From the NCBI RefSeq assembly GCF_009914755.1, contig NC_060928.1: a stretch of DNA of 64,000 nt, one strand, 5' to 3'. The notes under the pieces are model-generated. The model was given only the letters and a program-made list of their open reading frames with translations, was not told the origin of the DNA and did no database searches. Of the stretch, positions 27,906 through 45,498 are shown in pieces (position 1 is the stretch's first letter; every line of letters begins with the position of its first letter). Made by a program: the position numbers and the translations under genes. The stretch is from the human T2T-CHM13v2.0 reference genome, Homo sapiens.

Positions 27906-30900
27906 GGCTTCACTTAGCATTTTTGAAGAAGACCTCTATCTTACTGCGTCCATTTAGAATAGTTGGCAATCAGATTTAGGAGAATTATATTTGTTCCTAC
28001 CACATGTGTAGAGCAACTGGAAGATACTGAGTTGGATTGGGTCATGGACCTGACTCACACCGTAAGTTGGTTTTTTTTTAATTACATGGACTGAGCCTTA
28101 AAAAAAAACTGAAAAAGACTATCATGGAATTTTTCCATTGTGTTTTTCAGTATAAAACTCAGTTCCACAGATCGAGTAGTTTTCCCTTTTTTTGTACTCT
28201 TTAATATCAATTTAGAAAGTGAGAGGCAGGTTTCCTTTACCTTTCAACAAACTTTGCAGGAAAAAAAGATTAGCAGGAAAACATCAAATACTGCTTATAT
28301 CTCCTACAAATCAAATATAGAGACACGTAAGGGAGGCATTTTGCTGTAGAGGACAAAGGAGTAGGTGGAACTCTGCAGTTTTGAGCTTCCTTCCTAAGAG
28401 TCATTTATACTTTGCTGTTATTATTAACCTTCTGACCTCTGTGTTTTCTATACTATGAGTACTGTCAGAGTTTTGTATAGCTTAGTTCAAGTACTAACAC
28501 AGACACTGGCCTTAGGTATTTAACATTCAACTTGACCTTAAAGAAAGCTGAGTGATTTCAGTTTGCACTTAAAAATTCAAGACCATTTTCTGTTCTGTAT
28601 CTTTTTAAGCATCTCTTGGAAAAGAAAGCTTTTATTTTCTAAACAGTTTTCTATTTCAAGTTAGGTTATCTGTGGGTCTTTTTTATAGAGTATGTAGCAA
28701 AGCATTGTATTTCAGAAAAAAAGAAGTACAGTATTCTATAAAGACAGAGTTGCTTTTTCTTATGGGATGGTCCTTGACCTGCATGCTGTGTATTTGTCCC
28801 CTCTGCAGCCAGCTCAGCAGCAAGCTTTTTATTCATCTCCACTGCTGAGAAAAGGCAGTGTAAACTTAAGAGAATATCAAAGCAACATACTATATACAAA
28901 GAACCGTAGTCCGTTTGCACCTGAGCTGTATCTAGCTAAAATTACTGATTATATGATTCTCTAACCTGGTTGGGGGCTCAGTGGGTGAAATAGCAAGATA
29001 AGATATGTGTAGTCCCTGAAACCACAGTTTCTATTCCAGCAGTGCCACCCAGGCTCTCACCCTGCAGGTGGAGATACTGTGTTTCCATTCCATTTCTTTT
29101 TATATTTTCTTGTCAATCATCAATTGGCCTGACATACCTTGTAAAACCTGGCAGTGCACTAGTTGTAGAATATTTGGAAGTTTCATGTCATTGTCTTGGG
29201 TCTAAATTGATCATCCTTCACCCTATGCCCTTTGTAGTTGTTTATCTGAAACCTGTCTTCACAATTTAGTTACTCCTATTAGAGTAACTATACTGATAGC
29301 TGTTTCTGTAGTGCTTTGGAAATACTGAGGATGACTAGAGGTACAAAATATATATCGTCAGAAATGCCATTTATACCAGTTTGTATACTTTGTACACTTT
29401 GGTATTGCTTCTTATTTTTTCTTCTTATTTTCCTGCTGGTGATAATGACGACTATCTCATTGGTGCTTAAAATTTTTTTTTTCTCATTGGAAGTCCTCTA
29501 AGGATATAGTAAACTGTAAACCAATATGAATTCTCAACTAACTACATAAATCTAGTGCTTTGCATGTAGTAGAATAAATGAATGAAGCAAGGTCTATACA
29601 AATGTTTTGCTATGCAATCTTGGTGTGAAAGAGTACTCCAATTTAAGATATCTCTAAACTTATTATCTTCCATATAGCAAATTTCAGCATCAAAACTATT
29701 TTCAAGAAGAATCACAATAAGCCCCCAATGTCAAGATTGTTGTTTATTCTTTTCCACAAGTGCTAAAGAAAGCGTTCAAGACTTTTAAAGATATACAAAG
29801 TCACTGAAGAATCTGTGATGTCTTAAAATGACTTATTACTGTTATCATGGGTGTTAAATGACATATTTAATGTTAAATAATCTGATTTTCTCAGTGATTG
29901 TGTGAATGAAATAAGCAAAATAAGCTTTAAAAATATAAATAAGAACTTTCTCATTCAATCAAGTAAATTATAATTTACAACTCTTGTTCCACATACCCTT
30001 AATCCCTAAATGGGATTAATATATTAACATTACTTTAGTTTTTGTGTTACATGTTATATAGTGTTTTGAAGCAATCATTTGAAATAAGACAGGAAAAACA
30101 ATGCTTAGCATGGAATTGTACTAATTTGTATACACTAAAATGAAAAATATGAACTTTTAGTTTTGCCATGAATACATCTGTTCACAATAATACCTAGCCA
30201 TCAATGCCAATGACAGATGTCTTCATGTTTAGAAATACTAGTTAGCTAAATACCTGAACCTGGCATCTTTATGTCTCAGTCAGTTAACCTATTTGTCAAG
30301 ATGAATGAAACCAGACTATGTTATATGAATTTTTAGTATTAATTTACTTTGAAAATGTCAATAAATGGGCAATGAGAAGTTGAAAGCCGAGAGTTGAGTA
30401 TAGTTGTTTGTTTGTTTTGTGGACAGAGGTTAGCTAAGTCACGAAGGACTGAAGCTGCTTCAAAATTCAGAAGGACTTCAATAGCTTTTAATATAACTTC
30501 CTTGGCAACGAAATTTATATTGCCCGGGAATTGTTTTCCTACCCACTGTAGATAAATTTTAGTACAAATGTACTACACTAAAACTTTCTTATTAGCAAAT
30601 TATAGTAGCCACAGTAACTAAAATCTGCTGGTTCTCTGGATGGCATGAAAGAACACCTAGAAATGCTGAGTAGGGAAAAGAAAAAAATAGTCTATTCTAA
30701 TTTCTTATTATAAATTTTTAAGTGGTTGTAACAGTTCAAAATAAATATACATTTATATGTCCTATATATCTCTCTCTCTTCATAAAAACACAATGTGATA
30801 CGTACAATTAGCTCCATTTTTTCAGATTAAAAAAAACTGGGGCACAGGAAAGTTAAGCCAAAGGTCACTCAGCAAGTAAGTTGAGGAGGCAGGATTGAAA

Positions 30901-31232
30901 CTCAATCAGTTATCTCTGGAACCTACATTGCCAACCTGTTAAGCTCTTCATATTGGCACAGGATGTTAGAACCACAGAAAAACAATACTGTGAATTTTTA
31001 ATAGTGAATAGCATATTAACAGGAAGTGCTTCCTTAAAAAGAACTAGAGCCTTAAAATGAGCTATGGAAGTTGTTTCAGATTTTATTATGAATAAAATCC
31101 ATTTCCAGGTGCACTGGATGTCACTTTTCTTCATAAATATGTAATCATAAAGATATGCAAATTAAAATAACATTGAAATACCACTACATACCCACTAAAA
31201 TGGCTATAATCCAAAAGACAATACCAATTTAC

Positions 31233-31895
<663 letters not shown>

Positions 31896-32247
31896 CAAAT
31901 GTTGGCAAATATGTGGAGAAACTAGAATCCTCATATACTGCTAATGATAATGCATAATATATGGCCACTTTGGAAAGCAGTTTTGCAGTTTCTTAAAAAC
32001 TAAACAGAATCTCACTCAACAATCCAATTTCACTTCTAGGAATCTACCCCAGAATAAATGAAAACCTAAGTCCATAAAAGCTAGTAAGGGAATGATAGCA
32101 TTATTCATAATAGCTAAAAACTAGAAACAATACAAATGTTCTTCAACTGGTGCATGGCTTTGTTATATCCACACACCAGGGGGGTTTAAAAAAAAAAAAA
32201 AAAGGAATGTCCAGAAAAGAGACAAATGTAGAGTTAGAAAAGGTTTA

Positions 32248-32679
<432 letters not shown>

Positions 32680-33050
32680 CTATATAAACTTGCTAAATAG
32701 TGCTGAATTGTATATTTAACAATATGTAAATAATACCTAAAAAAAGTTGTTAAAATAAAATGCATATCAGTAAAATGATTCCTTAAATCATAAACGTGTT
32801 TGCCAAAAGAGAACTGATTTTAAAAAACTGCAATGCCTATCCTATATTAGTAATATCTAAATGATGGTATTTTGATTTTGAAATTTACTGAATTGCTATT
32901 TTCAATTCAGTATTCACCCATAGAAATGGTTTTTCGATGTAAAGGCATTTCAGACATACTTTAGTCTTCTAAGTGTAATCTGAATGTTTTGTACGATTAA
33001 CCCGCACGAGGGTAGAAATAAAGTCATGTTTTCATTAATATAAAAATGTC

Positions 33051-33359
<309 letters not shown>

Positions 33360-34708
33360 TTAGAGGTTGAATCATTGGAGAATCTTGGTGCCCCTGCCCA
33401 CAAGTCTTTTACAGTTATTTCTAAATATCCCAGATGATATTCCACACAAGCTTTAGAACCATTCTTACCCATTCTTGTTTTACTCTTTAAATCAACAAAA
33501 TGTTATTGAATAATTATGTGCATGACTCTGGAGACACAATGATGAACAAAGTATCCCCACCTCCAGGTTAGGGTAGCCCTAGAAGCGGACACTAAACAAT
33601 ATATGAACACTTCCTCCAAAATGTTCACTGCCTGAAGGCCTTGAAAGGAGGGCCCCAGCCATGACAATGGTTGCCAGTGCTTACATAAAAAGATAGTTTC
33701 CTTGCTGTTCCACCAGACTTCAGAGAAACACTGCTGCTTTCTGAATAGATGTGGGGAGATTTTCTCCATCTTCTATTACACTTCTTCATTTGGGCTCTGA
33801 AATAGTATTACTTGTGTCCCAAACTCATAAGACCTTCAATGAACAGCAGTCCCTTCATCTATGATGGTTCTCCATGAAGGACCAGACCCAGTCCCTCAGG
33901 CCATTGGGTAAATAAACATGCTTTCCCTTCTAGCTTCTCCTTCTCATTTTCATCCTGACACACTTATACCATTGCCTATGAGGGTATGCACACAGATGCC
34001 TAGGCTAGGTGCCAGCTACACACACAGTTTTTCTCAGTGAAGCCCAGCATGACACCTGCTGCATAAGATCTAATTAATTAGCCGACATAAAAGAAAAACC
34101 TATTTTTCTTTTGATTCTTAATTTTAGCATGTGTGGAGTTCAGTGCTTCTTAGAAAAACTTTCTCTCAGAAGACTACTCATTTTAATACACAGCATATGT
34201 ATGTTCCAGTTACGTTATCTACAGCAAGGTATATTAGCAAAAAGTAATAGCTGCTCTGGATTCTGAATTTTGATCACTTGAATACTTAAAATGAGTCAGA
34301 ATTCAATTTTGGAAAATTGCTGATAGCAAAATGTTAATGAAAAATATTACATCAATCACAGACTTCCAGAAATGTTGTATTAAAGTTTCCCAAAGGCTTT
34401 CATGTACAGATTATTTAAATAATACAGTCTTTATTAATGATCTCTTTGTAATTCTGAATATAGCACTAATTTATTCAGTTGCCTTACCGATTCAAACAAG
34501 ACCATAAACAGCATGAAAACATAAAATGTTGTGTCCTGATCTGACACAATTGCTTTAATAATGATGAGAAACAGGCTTTACGTAAATGGAAAGTGATTAT
34601 TCTCTCTAATACACAAAGTCATACAGAGGCAGAAATCTAGGTTTGTATTCTTTTCATAGGGCTAGAGTTATAAATTCTACAAGATTAACTACATATAGAC
34701 TACAGCCC

Positions 34709-34714
<6 letters not shown>

Positions 34715-34744
<30 letters not shown>
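34715..34744 (+). repeat. (CA)15 microsatellite
   Basis: Read directly from the sequence. Confidence 0.95.
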
Positions 34745-34745
<1 letters not shown>

Positions 34746-35453
34746 TAGATCACACTATCATTTTAAGTGCTTTGTTAATGTATAATTTACATATAATCAC
34801 CCATTGTAATTGTGCAGTTCAATGAATACAAATATATACAGTTGTACGTACCACCAGAATCAAGATATAGAACAAAAAGGTATAATCCAAAAAATTTAAT
34901 CATGCTCCGCTGTAGTCAACACTTTCTACTCACCTTGACCCCTAGGAATCATCAAGCTACTTTCTTTCACTTAGCATAATGATTCTGAGTTTCCTCTATG
35001 TTGCTACATCTATCAGGAGTCAATTCTTTTTTATTGTTATATATTACTCCATTTTATGGATGTACCACAATTTGTTTATCCTTTCACCAGTTGATGGACA
35101 TGAGTAATTTGTATTTTTTGGCTATCACGAACAAAGCTACTGTGAACAGTTGTGTGGACATACATTTGCATTGCATTCGAGTAAAAACCTAGAAATGGGG
35201 TTGGTGGGTCATATAGTAGTTATGTATTTTAATTTCTAAGAAACTTTACAAAGAGGCTGTAATATTTTTAATTTCTACCAACAATTCTATTTGTTCCATG
35301 TCTTTGCCAACATGGGATATTTTTAAAATCAGTCATTCTACTGAGTGTACAGTGCTATTTCATTTGTAATTTTAATTTGTATTTCCTTAATGATGAATGA
35401 TGTTCAGCAAATTTTCATTTGTTCATTGACCATTCATATGTGTTCTTTGGTGA

Positions 35454-35766
<313 letters not shown>

Positions 35767-35995
35767 GTTCCAATCTTTTATGCAGTTTTTATTGATATTT
35801 TTATCTTTTATAGTGAGTTATATATTCCAAATACAAGTTCTATATTAGATATATTTTTTACAAATGTTTTCTCCCAGTCTGTGGTTTCCCTTTTCATTTT
35901 CTTGTGTCTTTATGAGAGCAAAATTTTAAATTTTGATAAATTCAAAATTATCATTATTTTTCCCTTATGGTTCATCCTAAGAAATCTTTGCCTAA

Positions 35996-36363
<368 letters not shown>

Positions 36364-37586
36364 TTATAATTTTAGCTATAAATTTTTAAGTTTTCAGCTT
36401 AAATTTTTATAGTTTAGGTTTAGCTCAATAATACATTTCAAGTTAATTTTTACATACAACATGAGGTAAGGGTCAATGTTCAGCTTTTTCATATAGATAT
36501 CCAATTTTTCTTGTGAAATTTAAAGGACTAATCCTTTCCCACTGACTTACCTTGGCAGCCATTTTTTGAAAATCAGTTGACTGTAGATGTGTAGATTTAT
36601 TTCTGAACTCTTCATTTTGTTCCATTGATCCATTGGTCCACTGATGCCAACACCATACAATCTTCATTACTGTAGAATTAGAGTAAATCTTGAAATTAAA
36701 TAGTATGAGATCTCCAAATTTGCTCTTTGTTTTCAAATTGTTTTAGCTTGTCTACTTCCTTTACATTTTTATATGTACTTTAGAATAATTTTCTGTTTCT
36801 ACTTAAAATATAGTCCACTGGAGTTTTGATAGGAATCATACTGAATCTATAGACAAATTTGGAGAGACTTGGTATTTTAAAAGTATCTAGTCTTCTGATT
36901 TATGAGCATGGTATAGCTCCCTTTTTTTCTAAAACTTAACAAAGTTTTGTAGTTTTAAGTGTGCAGCCATTGCACATATTTTTTGTAAACTGTCACCCTA
37001 GATATTTCAGGTTTTCACATTATAATTTTAAGCAAAGTGTTGGAAGTAGCATTCCTAGAAGTAGAACAGATTAAAGGCAAAAGAAAAACGTTATCTGAAA
37101 TAATTCTAATTGAGAAGAAAAATGGCAATATAATTATTGAATAACAAAAGCTATGTAAAGGAATTATCATTGCTATTACATTCACTTTTATATCTGAGCA
37201 TACAAATTAGTGCTTTATTTACAGTGAATAATAATATAAAACCTACTTGGAGACCAGTAAAAAAGAAAAGGCCCTAAACCGAAAATCAGCAGGCCTAGAC
37301 TTGAGTCATGACTTGAATATTGAAGAAGTGTATAGTACAAGGTAAATAAACCTTGACAAACATTTTCTCCCTTCTCATTTTGTGTTCAACTAATACTTGG
37401 CAAATGTTTACAAGAGCCAAACAGTATGCTAAATGCTATAAAATGGGAAGAATCCTTCACAGCATATCCTTAAGTGTCAGAATGAAACCTCAAATGAGAA
37501 AGAGTTATATGAAATATTTTGGTAAGATAAAATGTGTATTTTAATGTGCTATTATTATTTATTATAATTATGGCATAAAAAGTTCA

Positions 37587-37895
<309 letters not shown>

Positions 37896-38480
37896 AAAAA
37901 TTCATTTGTAGGTGCTATTACTTTAATACAGAGCTCATACCAAAAGAAGAAAGTAGCTCTGAAAAAAATTAAATGGATTATAGCTAGAGAATCCTAAAAG
38001 TAATCACTCCATGATACACTGAAACCTTTTCTCTTCTATTACCTTCTAGTTGTATGATACAAGTAGCATCTAAATCCATAGACATGGAAGAAGGCTGACT
38101 TGTTTTTAAACCCTACAAAGAAAAAGAATGACTTGTTTTTAAACCCAAAAAAAAATTTGAATATTTATGCATTTTTTCCTTCCAGATGAAGGAAGTAGCC
38201 TTATTAATTTCTATTAATAGGAGATGTGCTGACAATTTTTCTGTTAGGAACCTGGCAAACTCACAAATATGACAGATGAACTCAGAATTTAGAAGTATGC
38301 CAAAAGACTTTATGCAAAGGAATATAGTAAAAAAGAATTCAGTTTCTCTGGTTATAGATTGTTATCCAAATAAAATATTTATGTATTGGTCACTATATCA
38401 TATGTATTGGTCACCATATCATATAAATTGGTTGAAAAATGATTTTCTGGTTTTTCTGTGTGTATTCTTTTTTTTTTTAG

Positions 38481-38583
38481 GTTTGATTCTCATAAAGGTT
38501 TCTGGTGTCAGTTACTGGAAGAAGGTAAAACAAAATGCCTTGGAAAGAGCAAAGGAAGAAAATACCCTCCAATGGATTCTGAT
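38481..38583 (+). CDS. NDST3: NDST3 exon (103 nt): (T)[34 protein letters not shown]
   Basis: Poly-T tract + ag acceptor and GAT|gtaagc donor. Contains the KGFWC...[15 protein letters not shown]-binding/disulfide motif. Confidence 0.96.
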
Positions 38584-38876
38584 GTAAGCATAGACCTTAA
38601 AAATACAAACTAAATCAGCAAAATGGTAACCAATAATATCATCTACTTTCTTAAAAAACTAGTTAAAGTCAAAATTCAGCCTTTCTAAAAATTAAAAGTG
38701 CCATTTCAATTTCAGTACAGGTAGGTTGCTTATTTTGATTTACCCACAATATATTATTACCTGTCATGCAAGAATAAAGGAAAACAATAGAATTCAACAT
38801 TCTGAATAAGAACAAAGAGATAATATCTTATTCCAAAAAGAATGATACCTGCACAAAAATTTTAGTATAAATGTTA

Positions 38877-39246
<370 letters not shown>

Positions 39247-40574
39247 TCCTATTTTTTTGACTGCCTGAGTCATTCTGTTGTAGTAAGTGTGCCCTGGGCA
39301 GTAATGTAAGTTACTGATATAATATACTAAGTTTTGAGCTGTTAATATGCTAATAAAATGAAAGAAGCAATGTATTTCCCAACATCTAACATACTAGCAG
39401 ATAATTTAGGCTTTGGGGAATGTAGACACACACTTTGCAGTATGTATTCAGCACTTCCTGTTTATTCTGTTCAGAATGGAGACATGGTGATCACTTAATG
39501 CTACAGTTTTCTCCATTTCTATACCCCACATTTTTACTTTAATGCTTACTTGACATATATTAAGATTTACTAATAATATTTTTATTTATTATTAGTCTAG
39601 TTAGTAGTTTCAATATAACCATGCAAGTAGATTTTGATTTGTAAATTTTTTTTAGATCTCAGAAATTAAAATATGATTTGGGATTTTTCCCCCACAATTA
39701 ATACATTACATTAACTGAGAACCCTAAGATGGTCTGAGGATCCTAAGGTGGGCTAAACTTATTAGAATACTTTAACAAAACCTTGAGGACTACTTTTTGT
39801 GCCTTGCCTGATAGATGCAGGGTCTGTCCTCAATAAACTCATAATTAAATCATATACGGAAGAGAGAGAGAGTTTCTGTTATTTTGATAAACAAACTGCA
39901 TTTTCAGAACTCCAATTTTCTGTGGCTGATTAAAATATACCTTCAGAGCACTTTGAAAACAACCCTTCTTTTCCCAAAAGAAATTGACATACAATTTCTA
40001 TAGTATTTCAAGAAAGTAATATAAAATATATCATATGCATTTATGTCAAAGCTATTTCCCCGTAAATTTATTAAAGCTAAAATGTTTAAGAGACACTGCA
40101 GAATATCTTTCTTAGCATTTTGTTTTACTCTGGTCTAACACAGACCTTATTAAATTTGGAGGTAGAGAAAGATAAGAAAAACACAACTTTTCAGGATATC
40201 CTTCCTTCTCAACAAGGTTACTGAGTAATCCATATTGGGTTTATTTAAGGGAGTGGCTGATTTTGTGAAAATAATGTCCACAAAGCAGGTAAGAGTAAAG
40301 AGGTCTTCACAGAGGTAATGAAAATACAAATGTGTAGGAGGGATTAGAGTGGGCAGTACTGTCACCACACCTTTTGCCTCTTCCTAGTAAGAAAAATGCC
40401 AGTACCCAAGACTGTCAGTAAAATATCATAGCATGTGCTAAATAAATAGTCCATATGCTTAATACAAATTTTAATCCAGATCTGGTATACTTGGTACTTA
40501 TTTCAACGTAGTCAAAGTGTATGAAATGTAATAAACAAAATAAAATGTACTTTTCTCTCCTCCTCTCCACTTAG

Positions 40575-40694
40575 AGCAGGACATTTCTGTCAAGCTACTA
40601 TCGAGATCACAACGTGGAACTCTCAAAGCTGCTGCACAAACTGGGTCAGCCTCTGCCATCCTGGCTGAGACAGGAGCTGCAGAAAGTAAGATAG
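40575..40694 (+). CDS. NDST3: NDST3 last coding exon: [39 protein letters not shown]
   Basis: Pyrimidine tract + ttag acceptor, TAG stop at 40692-40694. The eight exons sum to 1083 nt with no internal stop. Confidence 0.95.
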   Translation, partial: SRTFLSSYYRDHNVELSKLLHKLGQPLPSWLRQELQKVR

Positions 40695-42121
40695 CACTGA
40701 GAGAAAACTTGAGACTTCATCGTCCATGTAGAACACACCTTTTCCAAAGCTTCCAGAAGCTACCAAAAGGCAGTTGAAAAATATACCTCTTCAAATGAGA
40801 AAAAAGAACAGTTTCTTCCATGTGCTGGCACGTGGATGATTAGAAAAAAAGAAAAAGTATGTGTTACAAGCCTTGAGGCCTGTGGCCTTTCTCTTAACCC
40901 ATATCTGAGCCTGTGGGATTATTGTAGACTACTGTGCACTCATGTGGAAGTCAATTGCAACCAACATAAATATCAAACACAAATGCAGAACTGTTCCATT
41001 TCATAGTAATATTTACACTTTTATATATCAACTAAGATTGTGTCTCTGTAGGTTTTTAGACCACTGTTTGCCTGTACGATGTTTTCTTATTATTTTATTC
41101 TATAAAGTGTCCTATGAAACAAGAAGCAAAATAAACATCACAATGTAGCATAAAATGTCAAAAGCATAACACCCATGAAAAATGCTTGCCAAAATTTAAA
41201 TCCACTTAAGTATTTAGAAATAATTGTAAATTATAATTTGTGCTAGATCAGAGTGGAAAAGTTATATATGAGTGTTATCTGCACCAAAAAAAAATAAGTG
41301 CTATAGCAAAAGTGATTTTTTCATATACATAGTCTAGTGAATATATGTAAAAATTACTAACTCTTCCATCACAACGTAATTGTTATACTGAAATATATAC
41401 TGTAAAGCTGTTGGATGGTAAATAGAAACACATCAAGTACACCAAAACAGTAAATAACAATGTAAAGTGTACTGACTGAATCCTCTAAAAGGGAGAAATT
41501 GTAGGGGTCTAAAAACATATCATCGAGAATTCTATGTCCACTTGCTGTAAGCTGTGAATCTATCCCAGTAGTCCTCACTAGTTCTACAGAAATGCATGCC
41601 TAGAGTCTGAGGTATGTGTCATCTCCAGAAACAGGTTGACTTTTAAATGTGAATAGCTATTTTTAATGCTCCCCAAAACAAAACCTATTAAACTAAAACT
41701 AAAAACAGTTTCCCTAGATGATGTGGTTAGGCTATTTACATTTAGGTTATTAAAAAATTGCATTTTCCCAGATAGTTCAAAATAAAATTATGTAATGTAG
41801 TAGAGATTTATAACAAAAAACAAATTAATATATTATTTGTAATCTAATGTTTGCAATGATACTTTTGATATAAGGCAAAGAAACATAAGCAGAGCAGAGG
41901 CCCATTTTTGAAAATATTTCACCCATCACTCTGGTGGAAGTAACAGATCATAGGTACAATTAAGGATTAGCTACTAAATTAAATGCAGGAAGTACAAAGA
42001 TGAGCAAGTCATGCTCTTGAAATATATTTACATTTCAATTGTAAATAATATATATGGTTAATAAAGTTTCCAAAAAAGAAAAGAATACATCATACTTATT
42101 TTCCTGTTAATATTTACTTAA

Positions 42122-42417
<296 letters not shown>

Positions 42418-43594
42418 CTACTTAATTTTTAAATGTACTGTACATATACATAAAATTTAAGTAGTAAATTAATTCCCTGCTATGATTATAAGCCTTTATA
42501 AAATATTATCAAAGGTATGATTAGAAACAAATGGGAGGAAAACCCATAGTAAAAATATTTTCATTGTCATTTTAATGGGTAAAACTATCAATTACTAATT
42601 AGAAAATGAATTGTGAGATCCACTTACTATAAATTTTTAACTGTACATTATAATTACTTTTTTAAAGTTTCATGTACCTAAAGCATATGCTAATTTTTAA
42701 ATATACTATTAGCAGAAAAAATTGGAAAAATCACCAATTTTTAAGACTCTTGACTCTAAAAGCAAAATCAAAGTGATTTGGACAAATATGGGAAACACAG
42801 TCTTCATGCTTACTGCTGTCTCTTTTATAGCAGCAGATGCCAGACATGCTAGGAAAATTACTATAGTCTTCCATCTCCACCAACTTAAGAAAACTGGCTT
42901 AGGAAGGTTAAACATGAGAATAGGCCTCAGCAGTTATATACAGTGTCATGTTTTCATTTGGCAACAACATTTATTCTAATAAAAAAAGAAAAGAAAAACT
43001 GATACATTTATGCTTTAATGGTAAGATGTACATTTGAACTGCTAAGCAAAGCTGCTAATGGCCTATTTTGTTTAGGTAAATCGAGTTGACTGAACACTTC
43101 ATCCTTTTAAATAGATGTCAAAAACATACTCCGTGTTTGTATAAAGACAGGAGAAAAAGGAAGAGATCTTACCAAAATTTATTCATTCACAAGTACATGT
43201 ATTACGCTAGCTAGAGCAGCAAACCTGTGAAAGGATTTTTGACCACTCAATGTGTCTTGAAGACAGCATCAAATTCTAGAGGACATGCATACTTTCCACA
43301 TTATATACTCCAACTGGTTAATATGCTAATCTGAAAGTAACATAAATACATATGAGAGAATAATGAGAGATAATCTGATTTAAAACTAGCTTTGTATAGA
43401 ATTCCCTTTTTCATTGTTTAAAATATGAAACTTCCTCAGGAAGAAATGAAATGGTTATTTCAATGTTTATAGCTGTAATATTCTTGTCATTCACATTGAA
43501 TGAAAATTACTGGAAACATTTTTTTCTCTGAGTTTTTTAAAATAAAAAACCTAGATATAATTCTGATAGTAGCATGGTACCTCATATGTACAAC

Positions 43595-43600
43595 AATAAA
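43595..43600 (+). terminator. Polyadenylation signal AATAAA (probable distal NDST3 site)
   Basis: Upstream UGUA (CFIm-type) element and downstream gtttggacctggtgatttt / ttttattgtttt GU/U-rich tract. Confidence 0.7.
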
Positions 43601-44254
43601 CTGATAGGAAAATGAAGAGTTTGGACCTGGTGATTTTAGGTAACAGTAGGTATTTTATTGTTTTGGCCTGGGAGTGAGTGGGAGGTGGTTACGGAACATA
43701 GATACTACTAACATAATTCAAAATGAAGAGATAGAAAATTTTCAAGTAGGATATATATCTATCCTATATTTATAAAACCTTTCACAGATCCTTCTCCTCC
43801 TAAATTTATATGTTACTTGTAGTGAATTTTTTTTTAGTTCTAATAAATATAATGCAGTTTCTAGGTCATTTATGGGACCCTAGAATAAGAGAATAAGAGA
43901 ATCACACAGCTGTTACTAAATGGACTTCAGAACAGGAATGATTATAGCATTTCTTACCCCTAGTATTCTGTTCTGCTCCATACCAATGAGCCCATTTCTT
44001 TCCTCAGAGTTTAAAAGGTGTTCATCTCTCTTTTCTAAAAATCTGGCAAAACAATCTCTGCAAAAAAAGGAGGGAGGGGGGATTCGGGGAGTTTAAATTT
44101 AGCCATTTATCTTCATTCTCCACACATTTTCTTTTCTCTCTTCCAATCCCTTTCTTTTCTAGACATCAGCTTTTCACATGTTGCAACCCACCCTATCTCG
44201 GGGCACCAGCTGAATACCCCACAGGCTTGCCTCCCACACACACAGCTCACTGAT

Positions 44255-44435
44255 TGAGCTGGGACATCTCATCTCATCTTCTGCCTTCAGACTGTGATTT
44301 ACAGCATTGGCTTCCCTGTTCCTCAGGCTTTCAGTCTCAGATTGGATTACACCGTTAACCACCCAGTCTCCAACTTGCACAGCAGATTATGAGACTTCTC
44401 AGCCTTATTAATTCGGCTTTTTTGGAGAACTCTAA
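44255..44435. mobile_element. MLT2-like LTR fragment, opposite orientation to the 44927 element
   Basis: gagctgggacatc...cagattatgagacttctcagcct...tggagaactctaagacaca. Confidence 0.55.
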
Positions 44436-44926
44436 GACACACAGTTTCACTTAGATTCCATCCCCCCAAAAATCTGCAATCTACTTTGAGTAAGCCTTTC
44501 ACCTATGGCCAAGGATACCTAACAAAATTTGAGGGCCACTTGTCCCCAAACCAGTGCTGCTACCAGTTCTTGCCATTTATTGTCCCTAATTTGTTATCTA
44601 TAAAAGTTCTCTATATACTCAGTGCCCTTAATAAATGTTACAGCGTAAAATTTATTCATTTATCTGTTAGTACTGAAACTAATAAATAAGTTGAACCTCC
44701 TTCCATTAATCCTGTAACTATCCTCATCTTTAAGTATCTATCACTTCTCAGTCTATTTCCAAAAGTTATAAATACAAAAATTAATAAATCACTAAAGTTG
44801 GAATTAGTTATATGCTCACCATTTCCTCTGGAGCATCTCTTAGAGAAAGAGGAATCATGAATAGTATCAGTAAGTTAAAAAAGACATTCACTTGCCAGAG
44901 TCAAGTCAAGTATCTCTTTTACTATA

Positions 44927-45498
44927 CTATAGTCAGAGCTCTCCAGAGAAATAGAACTAGGGGCAGATACATATACATATATATATATATATATAAGCAC
45001 ATATATACACACATATAAGCATATATATATATATATACACACACACATACATAAGTATATAAAGACTCATTATAAGGTATTGGCTTAAATGATTTTAGAG
45101 GATGCAAAGGCCCATGATCTGTCATCTGCAAGTTGGAGACCCAGGAAAGCCAGAGGTGTAGTTCAAAAGCTTAAGAGCCAGAGAGCCAATAATGTTGCAG
45201 TCTGGGTTTGAAGGCCTAAAAACCAGGAGCACTGAGGACAGAAGAAGTTCAATGTTCAGCTCAAGCGGCCAGGCAGTTAACTGGACCTTCTTCCACCTTC
45301 TCATTCTATTCATGCCCTTAATGGATCGCATGATGCCCAACAACACTGGGGAGGGTAATCTGCTTAACTCAGTCTACCAATTGAAATGCTAATCTTATCC
45401 AGAAACACCATCATAGCCACACCCAGAAATAATGTTTCACCAACTATCTAGGTACCCTGTGACCCAGTCAAAGTTGACACATAAAATTAATCATCACA
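44927..45498. mobile_element. MLT2 (ERVL) solo LTR with internal (TA)/(CA) microsatellite
   Basis: tagtcagagctctccagagaaatagaac...gacccagtcaaagttgacacataaaattaatcatcaca. Confidence 0.85.
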
